Source: Amphiscolops sp. MND2022 (taxonomy: Eukaryota). From it: a DNA stretch of 64,000 bases. Of this stretch, positions 1 to 10,664 are shown piece by piece. The notes beneath the pieces were generated by a model that saw nothing but the letters and a program-made list of their open reading frames with translations, was not told where the DNA came from and made no database searches. Each line of letters starts with the position of its first letter. The stretch's first letter is position 1. The DNA is taken from contig OZ076420.1 in NCBI GenBank assembly GCA_964187785.1, forward strand, positions 55,180,001 through 55,244,000. The letters are read 5' to 3'. Position numbers and translations under genes: made by a program.

Positions 1-193
1 GGAATGTGACTTTTCTCGTTGGGAGAGTCTTGTTGGCTTGTTCTTGTGTCACTTGATTGCATTCGATGGGATTTGCTTGCACCCCTCCCCCCTGGAAGGC
101 GGAAGGAAGCATGAAGGCAGAAGTAGATAGAGTGGGGGGGTTGATACCCACAGATGCCAGAGGCATTGGTGGTGTGAGGATTGGAGGTAGCAT
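1..193 (-). CDS. Pro/Ser-rich ORF running off the window start (MLPPILTPPMPLASVGINPP...), probable accessory ORF of the Gypsy element
   Basis: ATG at 193-191 and 64 codons without a stop to position 1; starts 17 nt after the stop of ORF 210-800. Confidence 0.4.
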   Translation of the reverse strand, partial: MLPPILTPPMPLASVGINPPTLSTSAFMLPSAFQGGGVQANPIECNQVTQEQANKTLPTRKVTF

Positions 194-209
194 TTGAGGC
201 AAAGTGCAG

Positions 210-800
210 CTAAAAGTTGTAGTCTCGGGGGGTGGAAGCTGAATCATTGTTTGAGGTGGGGTTGGCTAAGATTGGCGGTATTGTTGGGGGAGAAATTCTG
301 AACGATCGTTCTTGGTCCATAGGAGGCCTGTCAGGTTCTCCGTAGAGCATATGGGAGCGATGGTCGATCAGGTTATGAGTTAAATCATAACCATGCCAAA
401 CACCATCGCGGAAGGTAGCGGAACGCTCAAGCGGTCCAATGCTACTTGTAATGGTCAATAAGACCTCTGGGTGGGTAGCTTGAGCTTGCATCTGCGCTAC
501 GATCATGGCAAAGCCGGTGATCATGGTGGGGGTGGCCCCATCTTGCAAAGCTTGCTGAACTAAGGCTAGTTGGTCGACTCGACCATTAACCTCGCCCATT
601 GATTGGAGAGTGTTAGAAGAAGGAATACGAGATTGGGGATTCTGTTGGCTATTGGGAGCAGGCATGCGATTACGCGATGAAGGATCCATTGATAGCACAG
701 ATAGGGAGTAAGTGGATATGGATGAAAGAGGGTGATGGTGTGATATAGGGAGGCTGCGCAAGGGCGAAGCAACAGGACAAAACTGAAAATAAAGTGGCAC
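210..800 (-). CDS. Accessory ORF 3' of pol, unknown function (likely start MDPSSRNR)
   Basis: 196-codon ORF in element sense ~220 nt after the pol stop; no recognisable domain. Confidence 0.55.
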   Translation of the reverse strand: MPLYFQFCPVASPLRSLPISHHHPLSSISTYSLSVLSMDPSSRNRMPAPNSQQNPQSRIPSSNTLQSMGEVNGRVDQLALVQQALQDGATPTMITGFAMIVAQMQAQATHPEVLLTITSSIGPLERSATFRDGVWHGYDLTHNLIDHRSHMLYGEPDRPPMDQERSFRISPPTIPPILANPTSNNDSASTPRDYNF

Positions 801-1021
801 ATGAACAGGGTATGTTAGAAGTGGTAAGAAAGGAGAACAAAAAGTTAAAATCTAAAAATACAGAGTAAGTGTTAAGTGGGCTAGTAGCTAGATAGAGTGC
901 AGTCGTTTAAAAAAGACCTTTTACGGACTATTTTGTATGTATCAAGGAAGTTAAAGAGAAAAGTGGGAGTGCATTTTAGAAAACAAGGGGGCGGGCCTCT
1001 GGCCCTTTAAATCATGACAAC

Positions 1022-2881
1022 TCAATCAGCAGGGATGTCAAATGAAGAAGTTGATGCAATAGAAACGTAGATTCTATCGTGGAGTACTATCTCAAGATTT
1101 GACCCGAAGAAGTGATCCCGGAGCGTGGCGTACCAAGTTGGAAGGAGATTGATCGATCGTTCGGGATCATAGATAGGTATGTGGATTTGGGAAATTTGGT
1201 GTTGATGGAGTTGATGCCGAAGATGGTTGAGGCATGCGTGTAGGGTCTCATGTAGTAGTGGGTATTTGGTGGAGGCTCTGGTGTATAGGAGGAAGATTTG
1301 ATTGTACCAGGGTGCCGTGTGGGAGTACTGCAAGCAAGTGGCTGTGCCAACCGAAGGTTTTAGACGGAAGATAGTTTCTTGTCCATATTCGCGAATGATA
1401 TATCGAATAGTTGCTGATTGGGATTGGAGGTCTGCAGGACAGCACAATACTAACGTGCCAGAGGCTTGCAGGATATCCGTGTCGGAGTAAGTGATCCATG
1501 ACACGTGGCTTGGGCGAATCTTTGGTTGTGAAATGAGCCATTTTCCAGTTTCTTCTGCATGATTCTCTAAGGGGTTTAACATTAAGTGTGCGAAAATTGC
1601 ATTGCGATCGTCCCATATTGTACGACGCAGGGGGCGGTTGCCCATATGTACGCACGACCAGCTGTGCATTACGGAGAGTGCTTCTAAGGGAGAAATAGGC
1701 ATTTCGGGCGTGTACGTTAAGCGGTCGAGAATGCAAATTTTCGTTTGTCTGCAGAAAATAATGGCTATTAGTTGTAGCCAATGTTGGCTCAAGAATTTGC
1801 CGCGACAAATGTCAGCTAGATGAAAACATAAGGTGTCGTTTGACTCTACGAGGGTGCGTAGGTTCTCTAGGCATAACAATAATGTAGTTGGTGAGACTAA
1901 TGTTGAGTCGTCAAGGGAAGTGACTAGAAGCCACCATCCAGTGGATGGTTGATATACATCACCCGGTGGGTAAGTGATGTGATTTTTCTGCCATAGTTGG
2001 TTTGCGGTGATGCAGCGGATCATTAGGGGGTTACCGCAGGTATCATCTAATTCACCAAATGAAAACGAGAGGGGTAAAGGGGGAATGATTGCTGCTAACG
2101 TGAATTCAAGTCCACCTTTTTCATGAGAAGTCCACTCTTTGAAGTGATAGGTTGGGCAATCAGACGGGGAGAATTGATGCATTTCCTTCAGGGTGGATTC
2201 CAAGGGTGGTATGGTTTCAGATTCGGTACTGGTAAAAGTCTTTTCGATTGTTAAAATGATGTGTCGGACGGTTGGTGTGATATTGGGATTATGTAGCTTT
2301 GTTCGTACATTGAGGATTTTGTGTTGTGGGTGGTTCGCTGTTTGTGCTAAGAGGAACTCGCAGTCCGGAATCGCCGCTCCCCGGGCCAGTCGCTGTTTCG
2401 GGGTTTCCGTTGTGACTAGCTGGACGCAACTACAGTCACGAGAACCACAGGTTCCGCACTTATATTTCGGTGTTCTGTTGGTTCGGAGTTGGTAGCGTGG
2501 CGCTTGTCTAGAATTATTATCAAGTTGGGGTGATTGAGCAGGGGATGAACTCTCTGGAATTTGAGGGAGAGTCACGGCTCTGTCAAGCGTTCTGGGTGCG
2601 GTCCTAGAGGAAAACTTGGTTCTTGGGCCTCTTCTGGGCCGCGTGGTGGGTTTCCGGGAAGACGTGGTGGTTCTGCTTGATGATGTGGGTAGTTGGTTTC
2701 GGCGACCAGGGGGTCTACCTCGAGTTCGACCTCTCCTTGTGGTGGTTGTAGGCGGTGGATTTGAATTCGCGATTTGGTCGTCAGGTCCGTCATTGCTTTT
2801 CAGTGGCTCAGTGGTCTGAATTGGATCAGTCAGTTCGTTGGGGTGCATTGTTTGTTGGTTAAACAAAGGAAAGTTGCTCAA
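1022..2881 (-). pseudogene. C-terminal Pol extension: Arg-rich/AT-hook-like segment, CxxC motif, two degenerate TARG1/Poa1p-like macro domains
   Basis: Same frame as integrase, separated by one TAG (2894-2896; reads SNP*LTDTLSNF). RGRPPGR and CGTCGSRDCSC. Segments ~1724-2070 and ~1078-1490 follow the macro pattern (GEL..RCITAN / DILQ..LVLCCPAD..FLLYT..L..CL..L..IHIP..W..L..F..LEIVL). Confidence 0.7.
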
Positions 2882-2893
2882 GGTGTCCGTGAG

Positions 2894-4813
2894 CTAGGGG
2901 TTGGAAAGTAATGGAGCTGAGGTTCCGGAAGGTGATGGTATTAAGCTTTCGATGAGCGTTGGTGGTAGTATTTCGTCCTGGTCGGAAAATAATGGTTCTA
3001 GATCATCGACTTCGGGGAATACTACTTGGGAGGGAGAGGTCATGGGGGGAGGTCCGGCCGCTTCGGCCTCGGAGTCTGATTCGGATGGGTAGCCGAATTG
3101 GCTGAATCTCCTGCGTGGGACCCCTTGTTCTAGGGCAGTTTGTGTTCGTGTCTGGATGGTACGAGGGGGGACCGGTCTCGAGGGTTCCATTTCGAACGAC
3201 GCCTCCGGGAGCTGTTCTGGAAAGAAGAAGTCTCTAGAGATGTCGGAGGTGATTTCTTCGTTAGTGTCTTCCACGTATGGATCAGCAATGATAGCTACAT
3301 TTTGATCTAGTCCGAATGGTTGGTAAGTGGTCCAGTCCCAGGGGGCTGGTACATGTTTCTTTAGTCTTTCGTATTGAACTTTTTGACCTGTGTCGAGCAC
3401 GTAGAGACGTCCATCTTGTAGTACATCGGTGACCTTGTGGGGTCCGCGCCAAGCGCGTATAAGCTTGCGAGTGCCGCCCTTGGGAATTATGTGACAAAAT
3501 ACCCAGACAGCGTCACCTACGGCGTGCGCTTTTGCTTTGAGGTGGCGATCAAATTTTAGCTTTTCTCGAAGCTGAGCTTGATGCGTATTTCTTCGAACTA
3601 ATTCGTGGATTTCTTGTTGTCTGGCCAACATGTGTTCCACGAACTCTTCTTTGGAATCAAAGCCTCGCGCTGCAAACTCTGGGTATATAAACGAAAGCGG
3701 CATCGATTTCTCTGCGCCATGATGGAGCATGTAGGGTGAGAACCCTGTAGTGGCGTGTATGGTGGAATTGTATGCGCCCAGAACTCCATCAAGGTGTTCG
3801 TCCCAGTCTTGCATTCTGCGTGAGGTGTAGACTCGGAGGAGAGTGAGCAAAGTTCGATTCTGGCGCTACACGAGTCCATTTCCTCTGGGGTGTGCTGGGG
3901 TAGACGTAACCTTGGTGACTTGAGAGGCTTTCATTAATTCCTGGGCGATTTCAGCGGTGAAGTTAGTTGCATTGTACGATTGCATCCTTGCAGGAGTGCC
4001 ATGCCTGGCAAACCATTTGTTCAGGATTATTTTTGCCGTGGTTTGCGCGTCATATTCGTCGTGAGCGCACGGGACAGCTTCTGCAAATTTGCTAAAATTA
4101 TCTATTATTACCAAAAGGCCGGTGTTGCCCGAGTCGGTCTTGCAGAGTTTCAAATGATCGAACTGAACCAGGTCGTTGAAATTGCTACTATTAATGCTCT
4201 GCAGGGGGTAGCAAGGATTTCCCGCTGGGTGCTTTGCTTGTTGGCAAGTTAAGCATTGCTTGATGTGATTTACTACGTCCCTCTTGATTCCCGGCCAAGT
4301 ATGCCGTTCTTGTATTCTGGCCAGCACTTTTCCCACGCCTTGATGTCCCGATTCATCGTGTGCTCTGTACAGGATTTCGTGTTGGAAAAGTTGCGGCATG
4401 ATTATCATGCATGGGCGTACGTGCAGGGCACGTTGCTGGGGAACGTAATTGACACAGAGTATGTCGTCAGGGTTCAAGAATAGCAGATCTTTCTTCTGAT
4501 GGTAATACCTCTTGGCGAAGTCTTGTACTTCATCTGGGAACATAGGATCTTCCAATGGCTCATTTCTCATGAGTTTCTTTAGTGCCAATAGGTGTACGTC
4601 TCTGTTCTGCGCCATGTGTAGGTCTCGGAAGCCATATTTGGTTAGATGGTGTTCGTGCAATTCGGTTTCAATGGTTCTCAAAATGTCAGCTTGTTTTTGA
4701 CACTCGACAGGCAGAGTCCCTAGGGTCGGGTCGGGCTTTGTCGTGTCTATTCGTGCCGGAGGCACTCTTGTGGTTATGCTCAAGATTCGATTAGGTCGCT
4801 CATCCTCTTCCAT
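2894..4813 (-). pseudogene. Integrase (HHCC zinc finger, inactivated DDE core, GPY/F-like motif)
   Basis: HDESGHQG..CLTC; FDHL; RMQSYNAT (second catalytic D replaced by Y); NGLV*RQNRTL (catalytic E is TAG at 3866-3868); WRGPHKV. Confidence 0.93.
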
Positions 4814-4871
4814 AGTCGGTGTGGTTTCCCATTGAATTTCGGGATACCAGGGGATATCTCCTGTTGGTTCT

Positions 4872-6346
4872 TTAGGCTGATTGTTCTTTCGTTTCTTCTG
4901 AAGGATGTATAGCTCGAGCTTCTGAAGGGAGTTCAGGGTGGTCTGGGATTAGATGACCACGTTTGTCGATGTATGGGACCGTGGGGAGTTCATCATAGTC
5001 TTTTTGTGACATGAAGTTGAATCCTTCGCTTACCTTTGGTAGCTTTTCAAGGATTTGTTCGCGAATAATGTAGTCGCTGGTGCGTTTGCTGAGTCCATCG
5101 ACATTTCGGTGTTGCGTACGCGGTCTGTGAATTGTTTTGAAATGATATTGGTCTAGGCGTGCGATCCAACGGCCTATCATGGCTTGGTCCATGGAGTAGG
5201 TTTTGAGCCATGATAAAGCTTGGTTATCTACGCGAAGCGTAAACTCTCGACCTGCTAGGTATGAGTGGAATGTCTCTACGAAGTAAAACACTGCATACAT
5301 CTCCAGCTTGGGGGCACCATAGTTCAGTTGGGTCTTGGTCAGTGATTTGCTACCGTAGACTATTGGTCTCAGGATGGTTTTGCCGTTGTTTTCCTGTTCT
5401 TCATGTAAAATACCCGCAATAGCTACCGTGCTGGCGTCGGTATCTAGCACGAACCGTCCTTGCTCGTTTGGTGCAGCCAAGGTGGTGGCATTGGACAAGG
5501 CTTGTTTCACTGAGTCGAAGGCTTCTTGATGTCTTTCCTCCCAGCAGAAGTGTTGATTCTTCTTTAGCAATTCCTGCATGGGTTGCACTTTGGAGGCGTG
5601 GAATGGGACAAAAACCCGATAGTAGTTGGCAAATCCTAAGAAGCTTTGGAGTTCTTCTTTGTTTCTTGGTGGCAACCACTCTTGGATTTTAGTCACTGCT
5701 TCTGGGTCGGGCTTGATTCCATCGGCTGATACTATCCGTCCCAGATATTTGGTTTCTCTGCGCATGAAGTCGCATTTTTCCGATCGCATCTTGAAGCCTG
5801 CCTCTCTGAGACATTCGAATACTTCTTTAATCCTCATTATGTGGTCTTCGATTGTTTCAGTTGCAATTACTATGTCGTCGATGTAGGCCATGACGACACT
5901 TCCGTGTCTTTGTTGGATTTTTTGAAGTGCTCTTGTGATGGATCGTTGGAAGGTGGCGGATGCATTGCATAGCCCGAAGGGCATACGTCGCCATTCAATC
6001 AAACCCAATTCACAGGCAAATGCTGTTTTCCTTCTGTCGCGTTTCTTCAGTGGTATTTGCCAAAAGGCCCATGCTAGGTCGATGCTTGTGAAGAATTTTG
6101 CGTTACCTATCCTAGACCGACTTTCGTCTATTCTGGGAAGGGGTAAGGCGTCTTTTACTGTCACGTCATTCAGCGGTCTAAAGTCGCAAGAGAAGCGAAG
6201 TTCACCTGTCTTCTTCTTCACCATTACTATTCCACTAGCCCAAGGCGAGTAGGAAGGTTGGATTAAGCCTAATGCTAAGAGGTTCCTCACTTCTTGGTTG
6301 GCTTTGGCGGCCTTGTCTGGTGACATTCGCCTTGCGCCCTCCCTGT
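4872..6346 (-). pseudogene. Reverse transcriptase + RNase H
   Basis: PSYSPWAS, DFRPLN, MPFGLCNA, YIDDIVI, YLGRIVS, FVLDTDAS, ELYAV-like LEMYAV, VDNQAL; frameshifts near 6346 (IP[H]REGARRMSP) and 4912 (LYILQKK..DIPWYPEIQW). Confidence 0.95.
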
Positions 6347-8215
6347 GGGGATAGCTTCTGGTTCCAATTCAATACGATGTTTTGCTATCGTACACTTTCC
6401 TATGTCGGCCTTATGCTTCATAAAGAGGTCGTCGTACTCGTTTAAAACTTCTGCTAATTGGTCTCTCGCTCCCTCCCCCCAAAAAGAAAGGACGGAGGAC
6501 AGATCAGGGCCTGGTATAGGTTTCAATAGGTCCGGGTCTGTTTGCGCACGTTTTTCACTTTCCGACATATCCTCTTCGGACAACTCAGTAGACGATAAAA
6601 AGTTTTGTGCGAAAGAACTGAATTCACTGCTTGTATCGTCAAGATCAACAATATTGATATTATTAACTTGTTCTATCAGAGGCATAGAGGTTCTATCGGT
6701 TTGGTCGACCGGTATCGGTCTAAACTTAAAAACATTAGGCTCTGCTTTGCCAAGGAAAGTTCGACTAGGAATTTGTAAGTTTTCGATGGCGGTTTTGTTT
6801 CTTACGGCCAAGTATACCGTGCCGTCGTCTCCCACTGAAGTTAGGGCGTCTTCTGAAACAAAGGAACTTCGGTTGTACACCCCGCTCGGGAGTATCATTA
6901 CATTACGGAAACGATATTCATTGAGATCTTGAGTGATGACTTGTGCTCTAACCAACTTACGTTCGAATGGTCCTAGTACAACTTTGTCGGTGGACACTAC
7001 TAAGGAACGTTCATGGTCACTAACCTCATGGATTGGTTTGAAATGGCGTGGAGTTTTTGGGTCCCTGATGGTGACCCTCATAGCGGTCAAGTCCACGAGG
7101 ACATTATAGGTGCGTAAGAAGTTGCGTCCTAACAGGAAGTCTTCAGCTCCTAGGTGATCAGCAATGACGATAAAGTTAGTCTTCAATGAGTGGCCGCCCA
7201 ATTGGAAACTCACGTTTTCTGCCATGCCGACCGTCGTTATTGTTTTGCCGTTTGCTGCGTATAGTTGGATATCGTACGGCATGAGGCTCAACGAATGGGC
7301 GGAAGCAATCTTTTGGTACGCTGCAAGGGAGAGGATAGAAACACCAGAACCCGTGTCAATCATACCATATAAGGGAATGGGCTCCTGGAGGTTGCTGCCA
7401 AAGGCAACTACCAAAGAAGCTCGTTCGTCGATGCGAGCTTCCCCTTGAGTGTCTTGCACTCCAATGTTATAACACCTTAACTCCTGGTGACCTAAGTATA
7501 ATCCCTGAGGGAAGTAACCTTCTACTACTACGATGGCGTCAAATTTCATGTCGACCCCGTCTACATTAATGGCTACCGGTACTGGGGAAATTGTTTTTAC
7601 CTTCTGGATTGGGGCCAATTTTGTCTCGTCCTCTCGGGTGAAATGCGGTAGCGGTCGAGCTGCGATAGTATACTTGGCATTTCTGCATAGCTCTTCTTTT
7701 AATTGCGCTAGCGTCAATTCAGGACGCGTTTTTTGTTCAGCCGATAGAAGTAAGTGTATGGAGATGAGTGTCTCGGTGCAGTCGGGGGCGGGTACTTCCA
7801 ACGTGGTAAGCACATGTTTTTCGCCGCAAGTGATGACGACGGGACGGGAAGGGCCTCCGGCCTCTGCTACCGAGATTACTCTGACTTGATCATCCTGTGG
7901 TGCGCCATCGAACTGATTGGTGTGCGGTGCATACCATGCTGCTCTTATTTGTTCTTCTTGCCTGGGGTATTCTGGGGATATGCATTCCGATGCGGAATGT
8001 TCGGCACACCCACAATTGACACAGAAAGCTACAGTTCCTTGGATTGGTAGGGATGCTGGGTACACTTCGTTGTTCACTCCGTGGGGTTGTGATGGACAAG
8101 TCCATCCACCGGAGGGGTTGGTGTGACAGAAGGTACTTGCTGTACCGGTTTCCGTGCACGGTCTTTGAGTGGGCAATCGTTTACGAAGTGTGATGGGTCC
8201 CCACAGTTGAAGCAT
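6287..8215 (-). pseudogene. Pol N-terminus: second zinc knuckle, degenerate retropepsin-like domain, active-site aspartic protease
   Basis: CVNCGCAEHSASEC; LYGMIDTGSGVSIL...FLLGRNFL; an upstream repeat of the fold ends in GLYLGHQEL. Confidence 0.88.
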
Positions 8216-10664
8216 GCTCGTTGGGGTTGTGGTTGGTAGGGTGCCGGTTGTTGTGGAGGTGGAATTTTTTGGGGTTGCGGTATCGGTGGTGGAATTGCCT
8301 GGGGCAATTTCGGTTGTTGATTCAGTTGTTGGGGCTGAGGGTGTTGAGGCTGAGGGTGTTGAGGCTGGGCCATTTGGTAATTGTCTGAGCGGTTAGAACC
8401 ACGCATGTGCAGGTATTGTTGGACTGTGAAGCGAAGCGCTTCTACCGTTGGAGGTGCTTCAACGTACTGTTCTTGCGCATACATTAGTGCGAGGTTCCTT
8501 TTGAGTTCGAAGTTGCGTACACCCTCGATGAATTTTTGCATTATCTCATATCTGCGAACGGTAACCTCTTCGTTGGGGTAGCCTTGACTGCGCAGGCCTT
8601 CGAGAGCATCGAGATATTGCATGTAGTCTTCTTCATTGCTTTGATTGCGTAACGGAATTGCTGCTGTATATGGATCTTGCTTGATCCAGTTCCGAATCGT
8701 CGTGCCAGTAATGCAAAGACTTTTTCATCGGTGTCTCTTTCCGCTTCGGATTTGTTGGTGGTGTAGTCACGGGCCTCATGTTCTAGGTACTCTATTATGG
8801 TCCAGGCCTTGTCGAGAGGAGTTGCTTTGGCATGCGCCTTCTCCAAGTGACGCTTCATCAGCATCATCCACCCGTCGGCGTTTCCGTCTTTGGTCCCTCG
8901 ATATTTTGTGGGTTTATTTTTCGATTCTTTCGCCGCGAGTAGCGGTTCCAAGCCTTTGGACATAGCGGTTGAAATCGCCTCCGCCAATGCTTGTCGTTGG
9001 CTAGTTCTTGGGGTGTCTGGCGTTGCGTTTGGCGATTCTGGAGACTGTTCCATTTCGTCATTGTCTTGTTCTAAGTTTCTTTTCGTTGTGGATTTTCGCT
9101 GCGTACTTGTGGCCACTGGCCGCGGGATCAAGTCTAGGTATGCTTGTTTGGGGGAATTTTCGCTGACGTTCGTCCTAGCAGTATGGTAATTTGATTCCCT
9201 TGTAGTCATACCGCTTGCGGGTGAATAATAATCTCCCGTTGTTGATGCACCGCGAGCAAAAGGATCAAATGAGATGCTGGTTAATGGGTCCGTGCCCACG
9301 TCGCGGGACTCTGTTATCACTCTTGCCATTTTGTTAGTTCGTGGCAGGTCTCTTTTGTAGGTTGCGGGTGGTATCAGTTTCAAGGGTTTGGCTTGCTCGG
9401 CGTTGGACTGGGCTACCTTGCGGTAAGCAGTTTGCGTTGGGTTTGGTGCTGCGCTAGTGGAGGGGTATTCGTCTGAATTTGAGGTCATTGACGCCACTGG
9501 CGTTACTTTTGCTTGAGTTGCTGCAGGTTGGGCTGCCATCGCTCTTACTCCAAGCGTCAAATCCTTCATCGTGGTCATCAAGTCTATCATTCTGGCATTG
9601 GCGTCGGTTTCTCTGCGCTGCATGAGATCTGACATCATTTTCATCCGTTCGTCTGCTTGACTGTCTCTCTCTTTCATCACGGCGGACATTTCGGCCATGC
9701 GCGTGTCTGCTATGCTTTCCCTCTGCTTTATTAAGTCGTTGAGAGAAGCCATGGACGCTTCCAGTCTTCCTTGGCTTTGACGCCCTTCGGCCTGTATTTC
9801 TAGCAGGCCTTTCCTCATCTCATCCATGTCTCTCATAATGACATCAGCCCTTATCACATGCTCAGTATTTTCTCGTGACAATCGCGAATGTACTTGTGAT
9901 AGCTGAGCCAGGCTGTTTCGAAATTCTTCTCTTACTGCTTGTGACTCTTTCGTGATTTTCGTAACGGTCGAGTCAGGGGCCGTTTCCATACTGGCTCTGG
10001 AATTAGGGGTATTGTCTAATCTGTCCATTCGCCTTGGGGCAAGATCTAGGTTTCTAGATGGAGGTGTTCTAAAGACGTACCTCAATGGGTTATCTTCCGT
10101 TTGTGTTGGTTGATCGTCGTTTGGTTGGGCAGGTGCTGTAGATGGCCCTGTGTTTTGTGCGTATCCGCTTAGAAAGGGGTTTTGATCGTTTCGATTCGCG
10201 TTAATATCTAGTGCGTGGGAACCCAGCGGGTTCTTTTTAACCAAAGGAGTGCGCGGGGCCGCCACAGGAGTTGAGTGATTGCTATTTTGTGATGCCGTTT
10301 CTTCGGCAGCACTTGTTTCATATTGGGGTTTTTTATTTGAGTTGGGCCATTCCTCTAGGCTATAGTCAGTGACTTCTAGAGGGGGCCACGCGTTATTTCG
10401 CGTAATGTTTCCTGTACTATCCACTGGATTAGTACTGTCAGGGGAAGCTTGCGACGAACCGAGCTGTTCTGCTGCGGTTGTCATCTCCGTGTTTTGATCT
10501 GTGCTGGGGATGTAGTGAGACATGAATTCTAAAAACATGTCTGTAATGGTAGGTTCAGGAGAGCTGTTGGTAAGAGTCTCCCAACTTGTTGCATCTCTTA
10601 CTATATTGCTAAATGGATTGGTGGCATGGAAACTTTTGGGAGGGTTCCTGTTCATTCTGGTCAA
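8074..10664 (-). pseudogene. Gag (coiled-coil, capsid-like region, CCHC knuckle)
   Basis: PTKYRG..ADGW, QQQFR..DYMQYLDAL (frameshift ~8650), CFNCGDPSHFVNDC; second frameshift ~8135. Confidence 0.88.

Noticed and set aside
210-800. env gene of an errantivirus-like element
   Set aside because: No convincing signal peptide, furin site or C-terminal transmembrane anchor; too short.
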